Assembly (NCBI RefSeq): GCF_963921235.1
Contig: NC_086097.1
Coordinates: forward strand, 94,242,001-94,306,000
Length of the DNA stretch: 64,000 nt
Direction: 5' to 3'
From: Mobula hypostoma
Lineage: Eukaryota
Below the pieces are notes generated by a model. The model saw only the letters and a list, made by a program, of their open reading frames with translations, searched no databases and had not been told where the DNA came from. Every line of letters starts with the position of its first letter. Positions within the stretch are counted from its first letter, which is position 1. A program made the translations under genes and the position numbers. This document shows positions 11,796 to 23,640 of this stretch, piece by piece.

Positions 11796-14710
11796 CTAAG
11801 CCTGGCCCTGCAGCCTTTGTCTGCAGTGGTAGAGCAAAACTCGGACAGCTTATACGCTAACTTATTAATTGAAGATGAGCGTGTTGAATCCTTACTGGAT
11901 ACAGGAGCAGAACTAACTTACATAAAGGAAGCTCTTGCCCCAAAATGCAATGTGCCGTTTACTAGCACCCGAACATATGCACATGGGTGCTGGAGGAAAG
12001 ACAATTGAGCTAACCTAAAACAGACCAGTTGAAGCACAATTTGGTCCTTACCTAGAAGAAATACAATTCTGGGTGGGAGATATCTCACAACTCTTCTCGG
12101 AAAGGACGTCCTATTGTCTTTAAACTCCACTCTTGAATTCATGGAAGGTAAAATTATCTGGAATCTTATGCAGTTGGAAAAATCTACATTAACCAGACAT
12201 CCTATATGGTCACAAGACAAAACAACTGTAGCCTGTCAGAAATGGATCCTGTCAAGATTTACGGGGAAGATGTCACCCAGTACCAAGCAATATCCTCTAA
12301 ACAAAACTTCTATCGAAGACATCATACCTATTGTCAATCGGCTGGAGGAGCGAGGAATTCTTGTCAAGGGCACACAGTCCATCAAACAGTCCAATCTGGC
12401 CTGGCAAGATAGTGAATGGCACTTGGAGACTGACAGTGGATCACAGGATCGCCAATGTATTGACAAGTTCCTGGAACAAGCAAGTCCTGCAGCTCCAGCC
12501 ACAATGTTGACAGTGGACATGGAAGACCGATGATCATCATGACTGCAAGAACCGTAACATGCCAAGAAGATGCAAATTACCATTGTAACGTAACCGGCAA
12601 CAACGAATATCAACAGGTTATATAAAAGACAGATTATATAAAAAGGTTATATAAAAACAGGTTATATAACAGACAGGTTATATAAAAACCACCAAACATT
12701 TATTAAGCACGGATAAACAATAAAAAACAAATGAAAACCTTAACTGGAAGTTAACCGCTATGTGGCCGTTCAACAACTGGTTCTTAAAGCGTTAAATGCG
12801 AAAACAGTTCTTAAAGCAGTAAGGTCAGATACAGTTCTTAAAATGGTAAATTCGAAAGTCCAACAGATTTATACATTCAATTGGGAGAGACTTCTCTGGA
12901 GAAGGATTTTTGGTTCTGTCCAAAGGATTCACGATGCAGGAAATAAATGGCTTAAAACAACTGACCTTAATTTCTAGAGAGCAAATCTTGCATGAACTTC
13001 CTAGCTCTTTTGGCAAGAGTTATCTTCGATGCAGGTTGCTACTTCTTCAACGAAGACTCAATAAGGTCAATCCTTTGTTAAACTGCCGAACGATACCAAC
13101 TTCTCTTAATCCTTCGGGTCCTGTACTTCAAAGTCTTCACTCTCCAGTACTGCTGGAAAAAGGTACATCAACACATCTAGCAAAAATAGCCAATCTAGCA
13201 CTATTGTACCTTGCAATAGAACGTAACACTCTGTTTTAAAAATGAAACTGCGTCATAAAATAAATACACAACAGAAACGGAGACACACTAATGTTCGAGC
13301 TGGAAAACTAAAAACTAAAAATCAACTGCGTCATCTGAGGTCTTCCCTTATATACCCGTGGTGAACATGTCATCACGTGACCTCACATCAGCGGGAAAAT
13401 TACATCAGGTGACCTCCAAAAGACCATTACATCATTCTCACAAGATCTCCTTGAGGTATGTAACACCATAAAGAAGTGCCTTTGTTGAACCCAGATCTGG
13501 TTCTGTATATTAATCTCTCCTCAACCATTGTGGGAGGAATTTGAGTGGCTGATTGGGCTGTTGTCACAGGAAATAAAGTGATGGCCTCAGGACCCATAGC
13601 TCCTGGTACCTATGCACCACAGGCAGAACTGAAAACTGCCTGTAAGTCAGTAAAAGGGAGATCAGCTGACATCTACAGTTATTCTTGATATGGTTTAGGA
13701 GTTGTTCATGACTTCGGAAATTTCTTACAGCCGTGGGAACTCCAGTCAAAGATGGTGCACTGGTACAAGAACTCATGGAAGTCATGCAACTACCATCAGA
13801 AGTTGCAATATTAAAATGTAAAGGTCACTCTAAAATAACCACAGTGGAAAACCGTGGAAAAACAGTCGCAGACAAAACTGTAAAAAGGGCAGGAAAAGAA
13901 AGAATAAAGGAAATTGAAGAAATGGAAGAAAACCTGATAAATGAAACCACGGAAACCAAGTTAAACGCTGTGTCAGATGAATGTGTAAGATATTCAAGAA
14001 ATGCAAGATCAGTGCTCAAATGAAGAAAGTGGCAGGGATGGAAAACGATGGGCTAATGAATGACCATGGAGTATGGAGATATGGCACTTGTCACAGACTG
14101 GTGGCCCTAGTTGAGCTGCTTCCTTACCTGGCACAGCAGATACACCCCTTAACACACATTCTCCCAGTGGTGGTGGAATCCAAAGATAAGGATACAAATT
14201 CAACAAACAGTTCAGAGATGTATGACATGCCGGAAAACAAACCTGGAACAACAGAGAAGCTAACTCAGCTAAGTACTCCTGCCCCACCTGGTCCAGTTTT
14301 ACATCTACAAGTGGATTACATTACTGAAGTGCCTCAGATATTCAAACGTCTTAATAATAGTGCGTAAATTTTCAGGATGGGTGGAAGCCATCCCAGTAAA
14401 AGATACTGCCACACATACAGTCAGAACTCTGATTAAGGACTATACTCCTAGATGGGGATGGCGATGCCTCATTGACTCTGACCAGGGAACGCATTTCACT
14501 GGAAATGTTTGTCATGAATTATGTCAACTGATGAACATGGAATGTTCTTTCATTGCCGACATTATCCAGTCATCAGGACAAGTTGAAAGAATGAACGGCA
14601 TCATCAAACAACGGCTGACTAAATCACGAAGAAGGGGTACCATGGTCTACAGCTCTTCCTTTGGTTTAATGCAACATCAGGGCAACCTCAAACAGGTTTC
14701 TGCTGCTTGG
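11796..14710 (+). pseudogene. ERV pro-pol pseudogene
   Basis: Protease, RT N-terminus, tether end (PATML...HDC), RNase H and integrase motifs in retroviral order. Frameshifted, RT core missing, split by a solo LTR. Confidence 0.85.
12584..13465 (-). mobile_element. Solo LTR (882 bp) inserted antisense into ERV pol
   Basis: TG...CA ends (TGTAAC...GTAACA) and 4-bp TSD CCAT (12580-12583, 13466-13469). On the - strand, TATATAA at 13348-13354 and AATAAA at 12699-12704. Confidence 0.85.
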
Positions 14711-14711
14711 A

Positions 14712-17700
14712 GTGGTCTATCGGAAGGAGGCCAGAGGGTCAATCAGAGTTTTGGTTCGAGGCGCAACCGACGATCAGAGGTCCGGATTGAAGAATGAAGA
14801 CCAGTTGGAGCTCCGTATCGAGATCTGAAGGTGGATCAAGGCTCGAGGGTTGATCAAAGCCTGAAGGCTGCTCAGAGGTCCAGATCAAGGCCTGATTAAG
14901 CCTCAAAAGTCGATTGAAGGTCCCTATCGAGGCAGAAAGTCCAATCAGAGGTCTGGATTGAGGCCCGAATGTGGATTGGAGGCCTGAAGGCCAATCAGAT
15001 GTCTGGATCGAAGCCTGAAGGCCAATTGGATGTCCTGATCAAGACCCAAAGTTGGATCAAAGATGATCAAGGCTCCAGGGTATATTGGAGGTCAAGATCA
15101 ATGTCTGAGGGTCAATTGGTCTGTTTTGGAGCCCGAATGTGAATTGCAAGTCTGGATTGAGGCCCTAGAGTTGATCAGAGGTCTGGATCGTGGCCTGAAG
15201 GTCAATCAGAGGTCCGGATCTAGGCCCGAACAGATGGAGACTCAGGTCAATCGAACCCTGAGGATCAATCAGAGCTCTGGATTGAAATCCAAAGGTCAAC
15301 TCGGGCTGAGCGGAACTCCGGATTGAGGCCCGAAGGCTGATCAGAGATCGGGATCAAAGCCTGAAGTTTGATCCGAGGCCTGAGGGGTCAATCGGGAGTC
15401 CAGATTGAGGCCCGGCTGATGATCAGAGGTCTGGATCAAAGCCCAAAGGTCGGTCAGATGTCTGGATTGAAGCCTGAATGTGCCTTGGAGGTTCGGATTG
15501 ATACCTGATGGTCAACCGGTGATCCGGATCGAGGCCCAGATTAAAGCCCGAGGACTAATTGTAAATTCTGATTAAGGTCCAAACACAGATCAGAGCTCCG
15601 GATCAAAAGTCGATGGTTGATCAGAGGCTGGGAGCAAAACCTGAAGGTCGAAGGTCCAATTGGAGGTACAGATCAAGGTTCAAGCGCTAATCAAAGGTCC
15701 AGATTGAGGCCTGAAGGTGGATTGGAGATCCTGATTATGCTCGATGTTTGATCGGAGGTCTGGATCGAAGTCCAATGATTGATCGGAGATCCAGATCAAA
15801 GCCTGAAGGTGGATCAGAGGTCAAGATCAAGATCCAAATGTGGATCAGTGGGCTGGATTTAGGCCCGAGGGTCGATTAGAGGGTCGGATTGAGGTCTGAA
15901 TGTGGACTAGAGCACAAGATTGAGACTTGATGGTCAATGGGAGATCCAGATTGAGTTCGGAAGGTCAAATGGAGGTCCAATTCAAGGCTGGAAGGTCGAA
16001 TGGATTGAGGCATGAAGGTGGAAATGAAGTCAGGATTGAGTGCTGAATTTGGACTAGAACCTGGAATCGAGACTCAAGGGTTGATCAGTGATCTGGATCA
16101 AAGCTTGAAGGTCGACTCAGGTTAATCGGAGGCCTGGGTCGAGGCCCGCGGGCCAATCAGAGGCCCGGATCCATGCCCGCGGGCCAATCGGAGGTCCGGA
16201 TCGATGCCCATGGGTCAATCAGAGGTCCGGATCGAGGCTCGAAAGTCGATCAGAGGTTTGGAACATGGATCAGAACTTGGGATTGAGATTTGTGGGTCGA
16301 TCAGAGGTTGGAATTGAAGCCCAAGGATTGGAGCTCTGGATTTAAATCCAAAGGTCAACTCGGGCTGACCAGAACACTGGATCGAGGCCTGAGGGTTGAT
16401 AGGAGCTGAGAGATCTATTGGAGGTCCGCATTGAGGCCCGAATGCTGATCAGAGGTCGGGATTGAGCCCTGAAGTTCAATCCGAGGTTTGGGCATCGATT
16501 GGAGATCTAGTTTGAGGTCTAGGTGTTGATTGGGTCCGGATCAAAGCCTGAAGGTTGATCGGAGATCTGCATAAAGGCCCAAAGGTCCATCGGAGGTCTG
16601 GATCAAAGCCTGAATGCAGATCGGAGATCCAGATTGAGGGCCAAAGATTGAATGGAAGCTCTGATCAAGGCCCAAACGTGGATCAGAGCTGGGGATCAAA
16701 AATTGACGGTCGATCAGAGATCGGGAGCAAAACGCAAAAGTTCACAGTCCAATTGAGGCTGAAGAGTTCACTGGAGTTCTAGATTGAGGCCTGATGGTGG
16801 ATCGGAGATTTGGATTGAGGCCCAAAGATGGATTGCAGGTCAGGATCGATGTCCAAATGTGGATCGGTGGTCCGGATTTAGGCCTGAGGGTTGCTTGGAG
16901 GTTCAGATTGAGGTCTGAATATGGATTACAGCTCGGAATCGAGACCTGAAGGTTGATCGGAGGTCTGGGTTGAAACTCAAACGTTGACTTGGTCTGATCG
17001 GAGGTCTGGATTGAGGCCCAAAGGTCGCATGGAGGTTCACTTCGAGGCCAGAAGGTCAAATGGAAGTCTAGATCAAGGCCCAAGGGCAGATCAGAGGTCA
17101 GGAATGAGGTCTGAATTTGGATTAGCGTTTAAGATTGAGACTCAAGGGTTGATTGGAGGTCTGGATCAAAACCTGAAGGTTGACTCCGGCTGATCGAAGG
17201 CTCCGGATCAAGGCCTGGGGGCTGATCAGAGGTCCAGATCGGGGCCCGATGGTCAAATGGAGGTCCAGATTGAGGCCTGATGGTCAGGCAGTGCTCTGGA
17301 TCGAAGTTCAAGGTCGATTGAAACCCAATGATCAATCCAAGGTCCAGATTGAGGCCGGAGTGTGGATTAAGTTCCAACAGTCAATCGGAGGTCCAGATCG
17401 ATGCCCATGGGTCAATCAGAGGTCCGGATCGAGGCTCAAAAGTCGATCAGAGGTTTGGAACATGGATCAGAACTTGGGATCGAGATTCGTGGGTCGATCA
17501 GAGGTTGGAATTGAAGCCCGAGGATTGGAGCTCTGGATTTAAATCAGTCCAGCCCTGTGATCGACCATCGGGCCTCAAACTAGACTCCAATCAGCCTCGG
17601 GGCCTTGTTCCAGTCTCCACTCGATCCTCAAGCCTCAATCCGGACCTCTGATCAGCCTCATGCCTCGATCTGGTCCTCCGATTGGCCCGAGTCAATCTTC

Positions 17701-20420
17701 AGGTTTTTAACCTGACCTCCAATCAGCCCTCAACTCTCGATCTGGCCTCCAATCAATCCTTGGGCCTCAATTCTGACCTCCTATACACATTCGGGCCTCG
17801 ATTCAGACCATTATTCGCCCAACAGGCCTCAATCCAGAACTCCATTCGATGATCAGGTCTCTATCTGGACCTCCAACTGACCATCAGCCTTCAATCTGGT
17901 GTTCTGATTGATCCTCAAGCTCAGATCTGGACCACCTATTGACCTTCAAGCCTCGATCCAGACCTCCGATCAACATTTGGGCCTTCATCTGGTCTCTGAG
18001 CAACCTTCATGTGGATTGGAGGTTTGGATCGGAGCCTGGAGCTCGATCCATGTCTGGGGGTCGAATGGATAGCCACAGCAAGGTTGATCAGAAGTCTGGA
18101 TCGAGGACAAATGTGGATTGAGTACAAAGGGTTGATTAGAGGTCCAGATGAAAGCCTGAATGTGGATCGGAGATCCTGATCGATAATCGAGAGTCTATTG
18201 GAGGTTAAGTTCAAAACCAGAAGGTCAACTTGGGCTGATCAGATGTCCAGATCGAGGCCTGAATGTGGATGAGAGCTTGGGATCTTGACTCGAGGGTTGA
18301 TTGGAGGTCCAGGCTGAAGCCCAAAGGCCCATCAGTGTTCTAGATCGAGACCCTTGGGCCTATCAGAGATCTAAATCAAAGCCTGGAGCTCAATCTGAGG
18401 TCTGGGGGTTGAAAGGATGACCACAGAAGTCTGAATGTCATTTGAAGTTCTGGATCAAGGATTGGGTGTCGATCAAAGCCCGAAACTTGATCGGAGATCC
18501 ACATCAAGGCCCGAATGTTCAGATCGGAGACCCAGGTGCCGATCAGAGGTCCGCATTGAGGCCTGGGGGCAGGTTGGAGGTCTGCATCAAGCCCTGAAGC
18601 TCAATTGGAGGTCTGCATTAAGTCGATCAGGGGTCTGGATTGAAGTCTGAAGGTGGACTGGAGGTCCGGATCAAGGCCCAGATGCCGATCAGAGGTCCAC
18701 ATTGAGGCCTGGGGGCAGATCAGAAGTCTATATCAAGGCCTGATGGACGACAAGAGGTTCGATGGTCAATCAAAGCTTGGCACGAGGCTCAATGGTCCTT
18801 ATGGAGGCCTGAAGGTTAATTAGATGTCTGGACTGAAGCCTGAAGGTCAATCAGAGGCGGTATTGAGACCCAAAGGCCTATCAGAGGTTTTGCACTGAGG
18901 CCCGGGGGCCCACTGGAAGTTTTGGATCAAGGCCCGGGGGCCGATAGGAGGACCGGATTGAGGCATGAAAGTTGATCAGTGGTCGGGATTGAGGCCCTGG
19001 GTTGTTCGGAGATTAGAATTAAAGCCCCAAGGCCAATCGTTGGTGTCCCAAACATGGATCGGAGGTGCAGACCGAGGCCTGAGAATTGATTGAAGACTGA
19101 GAGTAGATTGGAGTTCTGGCTTGAGGCCGAAGGGTCTGGCTCATGGTCCAAAGGCTGACTGAAGGTCTGCATTGAAGTCCAAAGGCTGATTGGAGGTCTG
19201 GATGAAAGGATGAGGACCAATCGAATTAAATGGGTCACTCGGCGATCTGGAACACAGCCTAAGGGCTGATTGGGAATCCAGATTGAAGCCGGAAGGTGGA
19301 TCGGAGGTCCAGATTGAACCCCGAGGTCCAGGTCAAGGACCAAAGATGAATCAGAGGTTTTCATCAGGGCCTGAACGTGGATTGGACGTCCAGATCGGGG
19401 CCCGAAGGTGGATCATACATCCGGATCAGGGCCCGAAGATGGATTAGACGTCTGGAGTGGGGCCCGAAGGTGGATCAGAGGTTTGGATCAAGGCCTGAAG
19501 GTGGATTGGAGGTTCAGTTCGGGGCCCAAAGGTGGATCAGAGGTCCGGATTGGGGCCCAAAGGTGGATCAGACGTCCGGATCGGGGCCCGAAGGTGGATC
19601 GGAGGCTCGGATGGGGGCTTGAAGGTGGGTCGGATGTCTGGATCTGGGCCTGAAGGTGGATCATACATCTAGATCAGGGCTCAAAGGTGGATTGGAGGTT
19701 CCGATTGGGGCCCGAAGGTGGATTGGAGGTTCAGATTTGGGCCCGAAGGTGGATTGTATGTCTGGACGGAGCACGAAAGTGAATCGGAGCCTGAAAGTGA
19801 ATCGGAGGTTTAGATTGGGGCCCAAAGTTGGATTGGAGGTTCGGATTGGAGCCCGAAGGTGAATCGTACATCCGGATTGAGGCCAGATGGTGGATCAGAA
19901 GTTGGGATCGAGGCCCGAAGGTGCATCCTACATCAGGATCAGGGCCCGAAGGTGGATCGTACATCCGGATTGAGGCCAGAAGGTGGATCAGAAGTTGGGA
20001 TGCATCCTACATCGGGATCAGGGCCCGAAGGTGGATCGGACATCCGGATTGGGGCCCAAAGATGGATTGTACGTCTGGATCGAGGCCCGAAGGTGGATCA
20101 GATGTTCAGATCGGGGCCCGAAGGTGGATCAGAAGTCGGGATCAAGGCTTTAAGGTGGATGGGAGGTTCAGATCGAGGCCCAAGCGTTGATCATAGGTTT
20201 GGTTTGAGGCCTGATGTCTGATCAGAGATCCAGAACGATGACCGGTGGTTGATTAGGAATCCGGATTGATGAATGAAGACTGATTGATCCCAACTCGAGG
20301 GTCAAGGGTCCAGATCGAAGCACGAAGGTTGGTCAGGGATCCAGATGAAGGCGCAAGGGTCAATCGATGGTCTGGATTGAGGCCCAAATGTTGATCATAA
20401 GATCAGAAGTCAAGGACCAG
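14712..20420 (+). repeat. 31-bp tandem satellite, main block, with an inverted segment at about 17546-18008
   Basis: Unit e.g. GGTGGATCAGAGGTCCGGATTGGGGCCCAAA (31 nt). Most homogeneous at about 19370-20220. Confidence 0.95.
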
Positions 20421-20727
20421 TGGCCAGAGCCTGGGTCTGCGAGACTGCTGCGAATCCACTGGAGACCGAAGGAGATGACTTATCCTGGGTTTAGAGGACT
20501 GTGTATGGGCGTTGGGAGGGAGAAAGGAACAGGGCTTGGTTACTTGTTATGTTCTGTTTTGTTGTCTTCTGTCGAGTAATGTGAGTGTTCTATGTTGGTG
20601 ACACTTGCGAGCGGCCCCTAGTGCATCCTTGGATGTGTTGGTTGTTAACACAAATAACACATTTCACTGTATGTTTCGACATACACGTGATAAATAAATA
20701 CATCTAAATGTAAATCTGAACCTGACA
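20420..20727 (+). mobile_element. Non-autonomous retroposon 3' part with AATAAA and (AATCTG)-like tail
   Basis: Ends ...CATTTCACTGTATGTTTCGACATACACGTGATAAATAAAT...AATCTGAACCTGA. A related copy lies on the - strand at about 28965-29095. Confidence 0.6.
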
Positions 20728-21424
20728 GGGAATCTGAGGACAGCACAGGCTGCTGTCGATGCAAATTTAAAATTCAATACTCCTGTCTGCAAGTGTGAAA
20801 AATTGCTCAGGTGTTCTGTTCTCAAGAAGCTCTTCATATCCAATCCTGCTAATTTTAGCCTAATCAGTCTATTCTGAATTAGCAAAGTGATGGAAATGCT
20901 ATTGACAGTTATCAAACAACACTTCTTCTCCAATAACCTGCTTCACCAATACAAAAACTGAAAATGTCAGAAGCCTTCAAATACACTGAGCAGTATTACT
21001 GGGGTTGGTAACAGATTTGATCTTTCAGTCAAAGGACCACACATAGACTAAAGAGCTACAGTACAGAGGTGAGTTGAGAGAGAATGCCCTTGACATCCAA
21101 CTTAGCATGGCAACAAGAAGCCCTAGTAGTACTGAGGTTAAGGGGAAAGCATTGAAGTGGTTGCACTACTGAAGATGGTTTTTAAGAGGTAACATATTGC
21201 AGCCCGAGTTCCTCAGGGCAGAGTCCTCGTTCCAAAGATTTGCTGTTGTTTGATCAGAAATGGGATTAGCTTAGATGGGCATTTTTGTCGGCGCAGACCA
21301 ATTGAACTGAAGGGCCTGTTTCCATTACATATGACGTTCCTTCCATTATAAAGCCTGAAGTGAGTTTGATGATCAGCTTCACTCTGAGAATGAAGCAGAC
21401 TGTGCCTGCATGCTGCCAGACCCA

Positions 21425-21705
21425 GAAACAGAAATGTAGAAAAACAAGCAGGAATTGGCTATTCAGCCCCTCAGGCCTGCTCCACCATTTAATATGATCA
21501 CGGCTGATCTTGACCTCTATATCATAGTCCCACTCTCTCTCCATACTTGCGTGCAGATGTCTATCTGTCTCCTCCTCAATATATTCAGTGACTTCACCTC
21601 CACAGCCCTCTGTGGTATAGAGTTCCACAGGCTCATCCCCCTCTGAGTGGAGCAATTTCTCTTCTTTAGGTAAGCGACCAAAACTGCATATAATACTCCA
21701 GCGTA
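21425..21705 (-). mobile_element. CR1-type LINE 3' fragment
   Basis: CR1 3' end sequence (RVMNLWNS-like motif and tail), homologous to 50721-51268. Confidence 0.65.
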
Positions 21706-22189
21706 TAACCGTAACTAAAACTCCTTGCTCCTGTGATAAAACTTCAGACATGGATGTCCCTTTGTATATCAACAATTCCCAATTTATCACCACTTAAACA
21801 ATATTTTTGTTGAAGGTAACAACACATTGACCCATTTTGTACTGCATCTGTCATGTAGTTTTCCATTCACATGTCTAAAATGGCATGAAGCCCTGTTGCA
21901 TCTTTCCCACAAATGCATCTGGGTCTGTGTGTCAGCCATCTTATAGTATCAACTTCTGCTCCTGTTCCACGTTGTTGAATTCAAGTTCGGATCCAAGCAC
22001 CCCACCACTTTGACAGCATTCAGGCACAGTAAGGCAAGTGGAAAGTAATGTTCATACCAGACTCTGTCTCTCCAGGAGAGAGCCTAACCCCCTACCGTTG
22101 ATATTCCATTATATTATTGGTGCAAATGCTGCAGCATTGTGAAGGAGTAGCAATGCAGAGAAACCCAGCAGGGATACAGGTCCTTTAAC

Positions 22190-23002
22190 CCACTTCAGCA
22201 GGAGGAAACCAGAGGTCCAGGAGCCAGTCCTCATTGGAGGATCAGAGGTGGAGAGGGTCAGCAACTTTAAATTCCTCAGTGTTACTATTTCAGAGAACTT
22301 GTCCTGGACCCAGCACATAAGTGCCATTACACAGAAAGTATGGCAGCACCTCTACTTCCTCAGGAGTTTGTGTAGATTTGGCACAACATCCAAAACTTTG
22401 ACAAACTTCTATAGATATGTAGTGGAGAGTATATTGACTGGCTGGACCACAGCTTGCTATGGAAACACCAATGCCATTGAACAGAAAATCCTACAGAAAG
22501 TAACGGATACAGCCCAGTCCATCATGAGTAAAGCCCTCTCCTCCATTGAGCACATCTGAATGAAGTTTTGCCATCCATCAACAGGGATCCCACCAACCAG
22601 GATATGCTCTCTTCTTGCTACTTCCACTAGGAAGAAGGTACCAGGAGCCCCAGGACTCATACCAGCAGGTTCAGAAATAGTTATTACCCCTCAGCCATCA
22701 GGTTCTTGAACCAAAGGGGATAACTTCACTTTCCCCATCACTGAACTGTTTCCATAGCCTACAGATTCATTTTCAAGGACTCCATCTCATGTTCTCAATA
22801 TTTATTGGTTATTTATTTATTTTTACTTTCTTTTTGTGTTTGCACACAAGTTGAACATCCAGATTGGTGTGGTCTATCATTGATTCTGTTCTGGTTATTA
22901 TTCTATTGTGGATTTACTGAGTATGCCCATGAGAAAATGAATCTCAGGGTTCGATATGGTGACAAACACGTACTTTGATAATAAACTTACGTTGAACTTT
23001 GA
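22190..23002 (+). mobile_element. Rex1/Babar-type LINE 3' fragment
   Basis: ORF ERVSNFKFLSVTISENLSWTQHI...FYRYVVESILTGWTTACYGN, followed by the tail. Confidence 0.8.
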
Positions 23003-23159
23003 GTAGTCATAGCCGAAGTAGATTTGGCAATTAATCCTCAAAATATCATTAGCTACATACCAGTTTTCGATCTTTTTTTTTCTTTTTTTACAGCTGAGTG
23101 GACCAAGAAATTGAGCAAGTAATTTTTACACTGCCTGAAAACAGCCCGGCACTTTAATT

Positions 23160-23640
23160 TCTTTAGCCAGAGAGTGGTGAATCTATGGAATTCATTGCCA
23201 CAGGCAGCTGTGGAGGCTGAGTCATTAGGTACATTTAAGGCAGAGGTTGATAAATTGTAAATTACTCAGGGCGAGAAAGGATACGGGGAGACGGCAGGAG
23301 ATTGGGGCTGAGAGGGAAAATGGATCAGACTTAATGGGCCAAATGGCCTAATTCTGCTCCTACATCTAATGGTCTTATAAATAGAACATTAGAGCACAGT
23401 ACAGGCCTTTTGCCCCACAATGTTGTGCCAATCCTTTAACCTAATTTAAGATCAGTCTAACCCTTTCCTCCTACATCGCCCTGCATTTTTCTATCATCTA
23501 TGTGCCTAAGAGTTTCTTGAATGTCCCAACGTATCTGCCTCTACCAAGGCACCCTAGCAAGACGTTCCATAAAAAAAACTTTCCTCTGACATACCCCCAT
23601 ACTTTCCTTAAAATTATGCCACTGATACTAGACATTTCTG
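23160..23640. mobile_element. Two tail-to-tail CR1 3' fragments
   Basis: + strand CAGAGAGTGGTGAATCTATGGAATTCATTGCC... to about 23378, then a - strand tail beginning ATAGAACATTAGAGCACAGTACAGGCC. Confidence 0.6.

Larger units (their letters stand above)
9102..14710 (+). mobile_element. Decayed endogenous retrovirus (5' LTR-like region, PBS, gag, pro, partial RT, RNase H, integrase; no env or 3' LTR seen)
   Basis: PBS 9772-9789. Zinc knuckle 11610-11651. Protease LLDTGA. RT start KQYPL. RNase H EVAILKCKGHSK. Integrase LQVDYI...FSGWVEAIP...DSDQGTHFTG...QSSGQVERMNGIIKQRL. Confidence 0.9.

Noticed and set aside
14712..20420. Many ORFs of 60-145 aa with repetitive G/P/R/W/D content, and a superficial CRISPR-like periodicity
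   Set aside because: The 31-bp unit is not a multiple of three, so the same peptides cycle through all frames. There are no unique spacers and no cas genes, and the context is eukaryotic.
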